DNA of 63,327 nt, the filler included, from an uncultured Methanosarcinales archaeon (lineage in GTDB: Archaea; Nanobdellota; Nanobdellia; Woesearchaeales; UBA12501), in assembly GCA_964397315.1 (NCBI GenBank). It is 3 parts of 3 records of this genome, joined end to end, with 100 filler letters (N's around TTAATTAATTAA, not from the genome) between each part and the next. Parts side by side here need not be neighbours in the genome. Positions count along the whole stretch, not along the records: positions 28,013 to 49,003 come from CAYNHV010000020.1; 2 more parts are not named here. One strand, 5' to 3'. Positions 30,143 through 39,355 of this stretch are shown here, piece after piece. The position numbers and the translations under genes were made by a program. The notes under the pieces are model-generated. The model did not search any database. It saw only the letters and a program-made list of their open reading frames with translations, and was not told the origin of the DNA. Each line of letters opens with the position of its first letter. The first letter of the stretch is position 1.

Positions 30143-31566
30143 GAATAGCCGGAATTTGCTCTCTGTTTTATCTGTGGCTTGTGTATATCCAGATCATTCT
30201 CTAGTGTTTCGGTCAGGCTTCCTCTTCCCATCACTTTAGAGGAAGGGAAACAATCATCAAGATAAAACATATTCTTGTAACGGCTCTTCATTTCAGGGTC
30301 CAGCCTTTCGCTAGTCACACCATATAATTTGCCGCCTGTGTCCAGGTATCCTGCTTTCATCAAGTTAATGATTAAATTAGTTGTCTCCTGCCTTTTGTCC
30401 ACGTCCACTATTATTGCCCTGGGCTGATGTTCCATGGCAGCTTCAAAGGCTTCGCCTGTCCTCACTGTCATCGGCATGATAGCTGTTCTGTTGAGGAGCC
30501 TGGCTATAGCATCTGAAACCTGCGAGTTGCTGTTTGCTATCAGGACCTTTTTCTTGCAATAGTTGATGATTTGCTGGCGGGCTTCATATGTTCTTATACC
30601 CGCGTATTTGGCGAATGTGCGGCAGATCTCTTCCTCCTGCGGCGTGAACTGGTTGTCGTCATACGCCTTGCTGAGCACGTTCATGAATGTGTTTATGTAA
30701 TTCTTGGCTTTCTGCTCCGCATCAGTGCGGGCTTCTATTTTGTCAAGCTTTGAAAGCTGCCGAGCGAATTTTTCTACTGCCTCGTTCTCCTCAAACATCT
30801 CCTCTTTCATTTCTTCTATTTCGTCAGGTCTGAATCTGAAAATTATGTCACCGTAAGCATAATTCATTGTAATCTCAGTGCTGTCCAGCCGACCGTCATT
30901 TTTCCAGCAGTCATAGGTGAATGCTTTCATTACTTTCCTGCTCAATTCAGACTCCTTGCTGAATATTATCCTTGGCTCATTTCTCTTAATATCTGTTTTC
31001 ATTATTGCCTCAACAACATAGCCGATATCCAGCTTGTTGTCCTGCTTTACAAGATAGCCGAGGGTCGGGTTAAAATCAAAAAGAAGGTTTCCAAAAAGCC
31101 CGTAGTGTTTGTCGTCAAGCCAGCATTCTGATATCCTTCCTGTGAAATCCACAAGTGCGAGCCTTGAGGGATGGGCGTTTATAACTCCCTGGATAAGATT
31201 TATCCTTGCAGCATCGAGGTTTTCTGTTTCAGAATCATCCTGTCTGAGTATCTTATCATATTCCTCATTGCGCTCTCTGAGGCCACTGATTATAAGATCA
31301 TGCTGCTCATTCACCTTTGAAAAATTATTATCTTTAATTTTAACAAGCTGGTTTGTTGCGTGTTTTATTATTTCCAGCTCTTCATGCTCTTTATCGCCTC
31401 TTAACCCTCTTTTCCAGTCATCAATAACAGCCGCATCAAGCATTTCAGGAATTGCCCTTCTAGATACAAGGTAGCGGTCAGAATACTCTGGATCATCCCT
31501 TATTCTGCGGAGTACTTCCCTAATATCCCTTCCATTAGAGCTCCCACTACTGTCTTTTCCTGCCAT
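30139..31566 (-). CDS. Hypothetical protein with possible C-terminal receiver-like domain
   Basis: KKVLIANSNSQVSDAIARLL...TGEAFEAAMEHQPRAIIVD resembles a degenerate REC fold. Confidence 0.6.
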   Translation of the reverse strand: MAGKDSSGSSNGRDIREVLRRIRDDPEYSDRYLVSRRAIPEMLDAAVIDDWKRGLRGDKEHEELEIIKHATNQLVKIKDNNFSKVNEQHDLIISGLRERNEEYDKILRQDDSETENLDAARINLIQGVINAHPSRLALVDFTGRISECWLDDKHYGLFGNLLFDFNPTLGYLVKQDNKLDIGYVVEAIMKTDIKRNEPRIIFSKESELSRKVMKAFTYDCWKNDGRLDSTEITMNYAYGDIIFRFRPDEIEEMKEEMFEENEAVEKFARQLSKLDKIEARTDAEQKAKNYINTFMNVLSKAYDDNQFTPQEEEICRTFAKYAGIRTYEARQQIINYCKKKVLIANSNSQVSDAIARLLNRTAIMPMTVRTGEAFEAAMEHQPRAIIVDVDKRQETTNLIINLMKAGYLDTGGKLYGVTSERLDPEMKSRYKNMFYLDDCFPSSKVMGRGSLTETLENDLDIHKPQIKQRANSGYS

Positions 31567-31714
31567 AGAGGCGAAGGTGTCCTATGCATTTATAAATCTT
31601 TCGCTTTTTCACCATTATTTAGTGGTGTATATGTGATTGTTTTCATATATGATATGCTGTAAAGCAGGCATGAGAAGATTTTTATATAATCCCTGCAGTA
31701 GCTTAAGCCTGCCA

Positions 31715-32032
31715 ATGAAACAAAAAATATCCTCATTCAGGTGCAGGCACTGCGGCTACTGCTGCACCCAGATAGTTGTGCTGAGCAGGAAGGATATTGA
31801 GAGGATAAAGAAGCTGGGATACAATGAGAGAGATTTCGCTGAAGAAGACCACCTTGGCAGGAAAAGGATTAAAATACCCAGCTACTACTGCTACTTTCTC
31901 GGGCTGAGGGACGGGAAGACCTTCTGCAGGATATATGAGGCAAGGCCTGAAACGTGCAGGAAGTACCCATTCTTTGAGGGCTACACAGCAGAATGCATGC
32001 CCCCAAAGCTGTTTGATGACGGGATAATATAG
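31715..32032 (+). CDS. YkgJ/FliB-family Cys-cluster protein
   Basis: FRCRHCGYCC...CYFL...CRIYEARPETCRKYPF. Confidence 0.9.
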   Translation: MKQKISSFRCRHCGYCCTQIVVLSRKDIERIKKLGYNERDFAEEDHLGRKRIKIPSYYCYFLGLRDGKTFCRIYEARPETCRKYPFFEGYTAECMPPKLFDDGII

Positions 32033-32324
32033 GATATATGCGATTTATGATTGCTCTGTTATGGTGGTGTTCTCCCATGGCACTGTATGCTAATGTATGT
32101 GTCTGACTGAAGGGCCAATACAAAGACTCAGAATGGGCCATAAAAGACAAAAAACAGTGAGGGGGAGTGATGGAGGGGTCTAGATCAGAGATTTGTTCAA
32201 AATGAGGGGTTTTCTGGTGCTTTTTCTGAAAAAGAAATGGTGGGGCTTGTAAGAGGGAGCGTGTTATTTCTATTGGTCACTGGACAAAAGTGTGCGTAAT
32301 ATTTATAAATGTGGGGGCTTATAT

Positions 32325-32453
32325 CTAGGAAGAAAGCTGACTAAATGATATCCTTTTTGTAACAGGAGGATTTATCAACAATATATCGAGTTCTGATTTC
32401 TTATTCAATATATCCTCAAATGGTCGTAATCTAATAATCTCTCTCCCCCTCAC
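32325..32453 (-). pseudogene. 42-aa N-terminal gene remnant, possibly of a B12-binding radical SAM protein
   Basis: GTG-started MRGREIIRLRPFEDILNKKSELDILLINPPVTKRISFSQLSS lies behind the duplicated promoter; (D)ILLINPP is a typical N-terminal motif of that family. Confidence 0.35.
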
Positions 32454-32473
32454 TTAAGCTAGCAAAGCAGATA

Positions 32474-32578
32474 ATATATATAAATATTTCTCTTTCTTAG
32501 TTACTCTTTAGTGATTATGCTCCGGAAGATTTCCGGCTCAAGAATCAGCCTTTTATCTCATCATCAACCTGCTTCTGC
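32474..32578. repeat. Left copy of ~105-bp direct repeat bounding the low-GC island
   Basis: 39-bp identity 32540-32578 = 37419-37457, plus a shared TCCGGAAGATTTCCGG palindrome and TATA region. Confidence 0.9.
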
Positions 32579-32642
32579 CTGAGGGGTCTTTTTCCGCGAA
32601 ATCCTTCTCTTTGTAACCCAGACTTTTTATCCTTTTAATATG
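32550..32642 (-). pseudogene. Internal fragment of a second YkgJ-like gene
   Basis: Translates to IKRIKSLGYKEKDFAEKDPSGRSRL, versus IERIKKLGYNERDFAEEDHLGRKRI in 31715-32032. Confidence 0.7.
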
Positions 32643-32802
32643 TCAGAAATATACCACTGGTTTATTTAACCAGTGGACAAAGTCCACAAAGGCATATCCG
32701 CAGAGGGTATATTTCTGAGCATGCTCAAAAACCACAGGTCAATAAAGAATGAGAATGAAGCTTTCGCTTCATGCCACCGGTCTCTGACCGGTGGTTTTTG
32801 AC
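32641..32802. repeat. Two-armed palindromic REP/MITE-like element
   Basis: TGTCAGAAATATACC...GGTATATTTCTGA-GCATGC-TCAAAAACCAC...GTGGTTTTTGACA with nested hairpins. Confidence 0.75.
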
Positions 32803-33059
32803 AAGAATTAAATGAAATCAAGTGTTATCTGAAGGCGTTTGATAATCCTCATACTCCAAGTTCTAAGAAGCGAAAGAAGAATAGAAACATTTAAATAGCA
32901 AGCAAACCATAATATAACCTTATGGGAGCTCCAATTCCGCCATTGGAAGTAGTATCTAATCAGTACTTTAGGGAGTTAAAGCCCTATTATGACAAGGTTC
33001 ATAGCCGCGAGCCTCTTGATGAGGCAGAATTAGATAAGATTTTTGGAATAAAGAATAAG

Positions 33060-34337
33060 GCTTCTTCTGCAATTTTGATGAAGATTTAAAAACCTCAAAT
33101 TGCCCCTAAGGGCAAAATGAGGCTCCAAAACACTAAATTTCGGTTTAGGGATTTGTATAATTTCAAAGCTTTTAAATTTTTTGATAGTTTTGTTGAAAAT
33201 GACAGCATTTTAGTTGTTCTGAGAAGGACTGGTAAGACAGGGAAATGTCCTTGTTGTGGTAAGCGTTGCAGATATATTCATAGGCGTAGGAATCGTAGAA
33301 TCAGGGATTTGGATGTTGCCAATTCTAAAGTATACATGTGCTTTTTGGAATATGATATCTCCTGTAAATGCGGTTATGGAGGGAAGGAAGAGCTTGAATT
33401 TGTTCAAGATTATTCCCGTTATACCAGGCGTTTTGAGGAGAAAGTTGTTACTTTATGCCTTTGCATGTGCATTAAAGATGTGACAAATGAAATGAGAATT
33501 GGTTGGAAGAGTGTTAAAAATATTGATAAGCGCAATGCAAGAAAATATATCATAGACTTGGAGACAGTTAATCCAAAAAGAATTGGTGTTGATGAAATAG
33601 CTTATGAGAAAGGGCATAAGTATCTGACTGTTGTAAGAGATATTGACTTGGGCAAGGTTATTTGGGTTGGCAAAGCAAGAAAAAAAGAAACTCTTGACAG
33701 GTTCTTCAGAGAGTTGGGCGTGAAGAAAAGCTGGGCTATAAAGGTTGCGGTGAGTGATATGTGGGATCCTTACATTGCCAGCATTAAGGCAAACACTGAT
33801 GCAGCAATAGTCTTTGACAAGTTCCATATTGCTAAAGTAATCACAGAAGCAGTGGATAATGTGAGAAAGAAAGAGTTTGCCAAAGCAGACAAGGAAGAAC
33901 GCAAGAGGATGAAGAAGAAAAGATTTCTGATCCTGTCAAGACAGAAGCGTCTTGATGACAAGAAAAAAGAAACACTTTTTGATTTGTTTGATATAAACAA
34001 AAATCTTTATTCTGCATACGTTCTCAAAGAACAAGCACTTGACATATTTGAAGAGACTAATGAAAAGATTGCAGTGAAAAGACTTAACAAATGGCTGAAT
34101 AATATCTCCAAAGCAGGAATAGACCAGTTCAACAAAGTATCAAACAGGATTAAGAGTTACATGTACGGCATACTCAATTATTTCCATTACAAACTTACTA
34201 ATGCGCAAAGTGAGGGATTCAATACTAAGATAAATGTAATCAAAAGAAAAGCATACGGCTTCAGAGATTTAGAGTATTTTAAGCTGAAAATACTCCAAAC
34301 ATGCGGATTAATGAATCATCAAAATGGCTGAAGAGCC
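33060..34337 (+). mobile_element. ISL3-family insertion sequence, 1278 bp
   Basis: Imperfect 22-bp terminal inverted repeats GCTTCTTCTGCAATTTTGATGA / reverse complement GGCTCTTCAGCCATTTTGATGA; 8-bp TSD AGAATAAG at 33052-33059 and 34338-34345. Confidence 0.92.
33117..34331 (+). CDS. ISL3 family transposase
   Basis: CPCCG zinc finger, IGVDEIA, SDMWDPY, FDKFHI, TNAQSEGFNTKINVIKRKAYGFR. Confidence 0.95.
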   Translation: MRLQNTKFRFRDLYNFKAFKFFDSFVENDSILVVLRRTGKTGKCPCCGKRCRYIHRRRNRRIRDLDVANSKVYMCFLEYDISCKCGYGGKEELEFVQDYSRYTRRFEEKVVTLCLCMCIKDVTNEMRIGWKSVKNIDKRNARKYIIDLETVNPKRIGVDEIAYEKGHKYLTVVRDIDLGKVIWVGKARKKETLDRFFRELGVKKSWAIKVAVSDMWDPYIASIKANTDAAIVFDKFHIAKVITEAVDNVRKKEFAKADKEERKRMKKKRFLILSRQKRLDDKKKETLFDLFDINKNLYSAYVLKEQALDIFEETNEKIAVKRLNKWLNNISKAGIDQFNKVSNRIKSYMYGILNYFHYKLTNAQSEGFNTKINVIKRKAYGFRDLEYFKLKILQTCGLMNHQNG

Positions 34338-34772
34338 AGAATAAGTTAAGTGGAATGTATCATCCAGATGCGCTTAAAAAATCTGAAATTATGAAGTACA
34401 TACATCATATATTGGGCAGAAATGGTACAGTATCAACAGAAATAGAAAATGAAATGCTGGACAATGAATTCAGGCAATTGGGTCTTGATTTAAGAGACAA
34501 ACCTCTTACTCCCAAACAAAGAGAAACTATTGAAACGCGCAGAGAAGATATCTGCAGGACATTATATCCTGAATACCATCCCCCTACTCCATGAGTTTTT
34601 TGATAAATAGAGGCACCATTGTATTTGTAATTTCTTTAACCCCAAAGTCATAATCTGACATAAAGGCCACAATTCTGTCTTTATCATGGTAGGTTCCATG
34701 CTCTCCTCTGGGCAGCTCCCCTCCACGTAAGCACATAGAATTAGATACCTTATCTCTAACATCCCTTTTAAT

Positions 34773-35376
34773 GCGAGCGTAGCGAGCATTGGGGTTTAAT
34801 TCCCCGACCTTTAGGTCGTATTTCTTAGAAAAATTTTGTTGCGGCTTCGCCGCAGAGTGTTCTGCGGGCGAAGCTGCGCAATCATAGTCCATTCAAACTA
34901 GCGTGAGCTTTGTTCGCGGAGGGCGAACAAAATGTTGAAGCATTACAGCCATAAGGTCGGCACAAATTTCTGGCACATTGAATTTGCAACAAAGTACAGA
35001 TACAAGATGCTTGGCAAATTCAAGCAGCAAAGTATAGCTGATGCCTCAATCCGTAAGGTATGTGCAAGGCATAATATAAAAATCCATCGATTATTTGTCA
35101 TGCCAGAGCATGTGCACATGCTCATAACATTGCCTCATAACATAACTGAATCAAAAGGCATGCAGCTTATCAAAGGCGGATCAGCATACCACTTCTTCAA
35201 AAACCATCAAAAAAGCAGATTGAGATTGCCTCAAGGTCACTTGTGGAGTGCAGGTGGTTGTGCAACAACCGTAGGATACAATGAATACACTACAGTAGAC
35301 AACTATATCAGGAATCAGGCAGAACACCACGCACTGGCCTGAGATACCCCAACCTTTAGGTTGGGGAGAAGGTCAT
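34773..35376 (+). mobile_element. IS200/IS605-family element (tnpA only, no tnpB)
   Basis: Subterminal hairpins CGACCTTTAGGTCG and CCCCAACCTTTAGGTTGGGG; inserted 3' of TTAAT, right end TCAT, no TSD. Boundaries are ambiguous by 1 nt. Confidence 0.85.
34932..35342 (+). CDS. tnpA: Y1 (HUH) transposase TnpA
   Basis: HIEFATKYR, MPEHVHML (HUH motif), IKGGSA, LWSAG, YIRNQ (catalytic Tyr). Confidence 0.95.
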   Translation: MLKHYSHKVGTNFWHIEFATKYRYKMLGKFKQQSIADASIRKVCARHNIKIHRLFVMPEHVHMLITLPHNITESKGMQLIKGGSAYHFFKNHQKSRLRLPQGHLWSAGGCATTVGYNEYTTVDNYIRNQAEHHALA

Positions 35377-35441
35377 ATTATATATTCTGCCCTCCTTAAA
35401 CATTATGAGATTTCTGTAGTTCAAGATCTCTGAAAAATGGA

Positions 35442-35939
35442 TTAAACTATTTCCATTGCATCAACCAATGTTTCCCCTCTCACACCTTTATTTTTATAGA
35501 ATTCAGAATCGGGAGGAGCATATATTGTATCTGGCAATGGCCTTAATCTTATAAGCTTTCTTGCATTAATCTTGACTGAATGGAAATCAGCCTTGCCTTT
35601 TGCATATTGAGCCAGCACTTCCATATATTCTTTAACAACAGACAATTCCTCTTCACTAAGCCTACTTGTAATATCAAGAGCATTTCCATCATAATCTTGT
35701 TCTTGACTTATTTTTAGTTTCTCTGCATGCTTCAATATCTTCATATAACCACCCGGATTTTCACGCAAAAACTCAACAACATAATCAAGATTCTCAGCAA
35801 AACCGGTGCCTTGGGAACTAACATAGTCTGCCAGTTCCCTTCTTTTGGCTTCCAATGCTGGATATACAGGTTTTTGCCCTTCCATTTCCCATACATCATA
35901 TAGGTTTTTAATCCATAAACCACTACCTTGCCACTGCAA
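35442..35939 (-). CDS. Hypothetical protein, paralog of 35971-36423 (start uncertain)
   Basis: Shares DY..SQ...AE.L.Y.V..LR, HA.KL, EL.VV..Y and L.P.PD...PD..F.K with its neighbour. Confidence 0.7.
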   Translation of the reverse strand: MQWQGSGLWIKNLYDVWEMEGQKPVYPALEAKRRELADYVSSQGTGFAENLDYVVEFLRENPGGYMKILKHAEKLKISQEQDYDGNALDITSRLSEEELSVVKEYMEVLAQYAKGKADFHSVKINARKLIRLRPLPDTIYAPPDSEFYKNKGVRGETLVDAMEIV

Positions 35940-35970
35940 CGATGATAGTGGGTTAAAGCAGCATATAGAT

Positions 35971-36423
35971 TCAAACTTCTTCTACCATATCAGCCAATCT
36001 TCTGCCAGGCCTGCCTTTGAAGAAATATGGGTCAGGGCGTGCCCTTTCAGGGTCAGGCATTGGTTTTAAATCTATTATGTCATCCAGAGCTTTGTCTACA
36101 TATTCAGAATCTTTTTCTCCTTTCAGATATGGGGTTATGACTTTTTTAAAATAATCTTCAACCACTGGCAGCTCTGCCCCCTCAAACCTGTATGCAATTT
36201 CTGCAACATTATATGTTCTCTGAACTTCCAATGACGGCAGTTTCATGGCATGATCTTTGAGCTCTACAAAAGGAATCTCCCCGCGCAAGTAACGGACGAT
36301 ATACCCAAGATGTTCAGCAACTTTGGGCTCTTGGGACACAATATAATCTACAAAAGACCCCATCTTATCCTCATGATTTTTGGTTTTAGGTTCCATTTTC
36401 CTATGTAATATATAGGCTTCCAT
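35971..36423 (-). CDS. Hypothetical protein, paralog of 35442-35939
   Basis: Shared motifs as above; starts 1 nt after the upstream gene ends. Confidence 0.7.
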   Translation of the reverse strand: MEAYILHRKMEPKTKNHEDKMGSFVDYIVSQEPKVAEHLGYIVRYLRGEIPFVELKDHAMKLPSLEVQRTYNVAEIAYRFEGAELPVVEDYFKKVITPYLKGEKDSEYVDKALDDIIDLKPMPDPERARPDPYFFKGRPGRRLADMVEEV

Positions 36424-36424
36424 C

Positions 36425-37330
36425 TTATTTAAACCTTTCTGTTATCTTCTCCACTATTCCCAATGGCGCAGGAGGTTGCCATAACTCCTCATTTTTGCCG
36501 AATTTGCTTGTCCAATATTCTTTAAATTTGCAGTGGATATCAAGCCATAACTTTTGCAATTTTGTTTCATAATCATTTGTAAAGCCAAAGACCCCTGGTT
36601 TCCATCTAAATTCTGGATTAACATAATACCCTAAATCCCTGTTTTTATTGTGTCTTTCTTCAAAAGGCAAAGTTCTTTCTTCAAACCATATGCGTGTGGG
36701 TGCTGTAACTTTGTCATAAAAAGATTCAATAAAGTAATCATTTAATTCATGCACTCCTTGACGTTCAACAATTCTTCTTATAAGTTTGGGATTATTAAAA
36801 AGATGGTGGGGTGTGTCTCCTTTTTCTCTATGTTCAGACCTTTCTCTATGCGTCTGAACAGCTGTGTGTAAGTCAGTTATCATCTGATAGAGGAATAACT
36901 CATCTTTTGTCCCGTTGTGCGTTTCATACCCGCATTTTCTCATCCAGTCCCTGTGGATATTTCTTTCCCATATTTCTATGGCAAGTTTCATGTATTTTAC
37001 TGTATCTTCTTCAGAGAGAGTCTCAAAAACAGGTAGTTCATAATCATATCTTATATGGCCATATCCATATAAGCAGGTTAATCCTGCCCTTAAGGGGCCG
37101 TCCTCAAAATTTTGAATTTTAAGGTCGTATAATGTGTTATTGTATTTGATTTTTATTTCTGTCTGGTTTTTTGTTTTGTTTAGAAAAGCAATCTCTGCCA
37201 TGTCATCAAGCCATAATCCAGCGTGCCTCTCAGGCAATGGGATGCCCTTTAATTCAAGTTCCCTGACAACTGACTTTCTTAACTTTTCTCCCTTGATGAT
37301 ATCATCCAACTCTATGCTGATTTTAACCAC
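36425..37330 (-). CDS. Hypothetical protein, 301 aa, low GC
   Basis: Open frame behind a TTTATATA box that lies in the duplicated segment. Confidence 0.7.
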   Translation of the reverse strand: MVKISIELDDIIKGEKLRKSVVRELELKGIPLPERHAGLWLDDMAEIAFLNKTKNQTEIKIKYNNTLYDLKIQNFEDGPLRAGLTCLYGYGHIRYDYELPVFETLSEEDTVKYMKLAIEIWERNIHRDWMRKCGYETHNGTKDELFLYQMITDLHTAVQTHRERSEHREKGDTPHHLFNNPKLIRRIVERQGVHELNDYFIESFYDKVTAPTRIWFEERTLPFEERHNKNRDLGYYVNPEFRWKPGVFGFTNDYETKLQKLWLDIHCKFKEYWTSKFGKNEELWQPPAPLGIVEKITERFK

Positions 37331-37350
37331 CCTAATACTTTGGCAATATA

Positions 37351-37457
37351 TCTAAATATATAAATCTTTCTATTTTTAGTTACTAATTAGTAGTTACATT
37401 CCGGAAGATTTCCGGACAAAGAATCAGCCTTTTATCTCATCATCAACCTGCTTCTGC
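37351..37457. repeat. Right copy of the island-bounding direct repeat
   Basis: Matches 32474-32578. Confidence 0.9.
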
Positions 37458-37769
37458 GCTTCTTCTATCTCCTTATCAAGCTGCTGCTCAAAAGACGGCT
37501 TTCTGGGAGGCTTCTTTTCCTCTTTCCCTGGCTTTTCCTTGCTCTTGGGCTCTTCCCCTGCATTCTCCTTTTTTTCAGGCTTTTCCTCTTTAGCAGGCTC
37601 AGGTTTCTTCTTACTCTTGTCATCAGAAGTTTTCTTACCTCCCTGGGCAGGCTGCTGCAAGTGCAGAGATGCCTGTTGCGTAGAGAAAGCTCCTTCTTGT
37701 GAAGGTATTTGGAGTAGTAGAAAGTCCCAAAGCGCTGTTGAGAATGCTCTCAAGCTTTCCAAACATCAT
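37424..37769 (-). pseudogene. Frameshifted twin-arginine lipoprotein gene
   Basis: ATG 37769 after GGTGG gives MMFGKL...TRRSFLYATGISALAAAC, then a stop at 37635. Deleting one base at 37645-37647 continues into GGKKTSDDK...DEIKG. Confidence 0.65.
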
Positions 37770-37921
37770 AAACCACCTTGCAAGACCTGTAAGGTATTAC
37801 TCCTATTTAAAGCTTTCGGTTGTCGTCATTAGAGAGTGGTGGTGGCTGTATCCTGAAGTACAGAAACATTTAAATATGTGCAGTGAATTATACAAATTCA
37901 AGCGAATTTGTTCAATAGAAA

Positions 37922-39208
37922 ATGGATTACAAAAGCATAATCGTCCAATGGATGGAATTCAGGATTCCAGAAACCATGCCAAGAGAGCAGACCGCAAGCC
38001 TGGAACCTGATTTTATAACAACAATAACAGGCTCAAGAAGGTCCGGCAAGACCTACTTCTGCTTCCAGCTGATGAGCCAGCTGATGAAGGAAGGCCTCCC
38101 AAAAGATAACATACTGTACATAAACTTTGAGGACAACAGGCTCATCGGAGCAGAAGCAAAGGACCTGGATGAGCTTCTGAACGCTTTCTATGAACTCTCC
38201 GAGACAGACAGGAAAAAGAAGATATATCTCTTCCTGGACGAGATACAGGTAGCGAAGAACTGGGATGCCTGGGCAAGAAGAATACATGACACAAAAAAGA
38301 ACATAAAACTGATACTCACAGGATCATCATCAAAATTATTAAGCAAGGACATCTCTACAAAACTGAGAGGAAGAACTATCAATATAGAGATATATCCGCT
38401 GAGCTTCAGGGAATTCCTGGACTGGAAGAACATCAAATACAGCAAAAAAACGCTGCCTTACAGCGAAGACAGGCTTGAAATAAAAAAGCAATTCTCCAAA
38501 TACCTCACTGAAGGAGGGTATCCCGCAATACTGACCAGCAAGAGCCAGCATGAAACAATACTCAAAAACTATTTTGAGTCCATGATATTCAAGGACATCG
38601 TGGAAAGATACAATATAAGCAACATAAAAAGGCTGAAAGTGATTGCAGGGCTGTTATTTGAATCAACAGCCAGCGAGATGTCCTACACAAAAACAACCAA
38701 CAAGCTGAAATCCATAGGATTCCCCCTCAGCAAGAACACTCTCATAGAATACATATCCTATTTTGAAGATGCATACCTCTTCTTCCAGAACATGAAATAT
38801 GAATATTCCCTCACTAAACAGATGGGTTCCATAAAAAAGATCTACTGCATAGACAACGGCCTGCTGAACGCAGTAAGCTTCAAATTCTCAGAGAACAAGG
38901 GAAAACTGCTTGAAAACCTGGCATACCTAGAATTAAAAAGAAGGAACAAGGAAGTTTACTACCACAGGAAAAACAATGAATGCGACCTCCTCATAAAAGA
39001 GAAAAACAGGATTGTTTCCGCAATCCAGGTCTGCGAAGAACTCACCGAAGAAAATGAAAAGAGAGAAACACGCGGGCTCCTTGAAGCATTATCAGCCCAC
39101 AACCTAAAAGAAGGCCTCATACTGACACTTGATCAGGAAGACACAAAGCATATTGAAGGAAAGAAAATAAGCATAATACCTGCATGGAGATGGCTTCTGG
39201 ACAGCTAA
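37922..39208 (+). CDS. AAA_14 / DUF4143 ATP-binding protein
   Basis: GSRRSGKT, YINFED, FLDEIQ, LTGSSS, GGYP, KIYCIDNG, LENL, ECD. Confidence 0.92.
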   Translation: MDYKSIIVQWMEFRIPETMPREQTASLEPDFITTITGSRRSGKTYFCFQLMSQLMKEGLPKDNILYINFEDNRLIGAEAKDLDELLNAFYELSETDRKKKIYLFLDEIQVAKNWDAWARRIHDTKKNIKLILTGSSSKLLSKDISTKLRGRTINIEIYPLSFREFLDWKNIKYSKKTLPYSEDRLEIKKQFSKYLTEGGYPAILTSKSQHETILKNYFESMIFKDIVERYNISNIKRLKVIAGLLFESTASEMSYTKTTNKLKSIGFPLSKNTLIEYISYFEDAYLFFQNMKYEYSLTKQMGSIKKIYCIDNGLLNAVSFKFSENKGKLLENLAYLELKRRNKEVYYHRKNNECDLLIKEKNRIVSAIQVCEELTEENEKRETRGLLEALSAHNLKEGLILTLDQEDTKHIEGKKISIIPAWRWLLDS

Positions 39209-39355
39209 CCCTAAACATCTCATCATAAAAGAGGGGGAACAAACTCTTTCCTACCAAAACCTTTATAAATAAACCCCAAAAACCTCATGAACAGCTGAGG
39301 CATCCCTATATGGACAAGCCATGATGAAATGGCCTAAGCCTCGGGAGGATTGAAA

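Larger units (their letters stand above)
32922..34594 (+). pseudogene. 128-aa hypothetical gene interrupted by ISL3
   Basis: 32922-33059 (MGAPIPP...GIKNK) joins in frame with 34346-34594 (LSGMYHPD...PPTP) once the IS and one target-site duplication (TSD) are removed. Confidence 0.8.
34584..35403 (-). pseudogene. 71-aa hypothetical gene interrupted by the IS200 element
   Basis: MFKEGRIYN (35403-35377) joins in frame to IKRDVRDK...KKLME (34772-34584). Confidence 0.6.

Noticed and set aside
34301..34892. Listed ORFs 34301-34594 and 34584-34892 as independent genes
   Set aside because: Their N-termini come from IS sequence; they are the distal halves of interrupted genes.
39290..39345. C/D-box-like words (CTGA, ATGATGA) upstream of rps6e
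   Set aside because: Box order and spacing do not fit a guide sRNA; too short to support.
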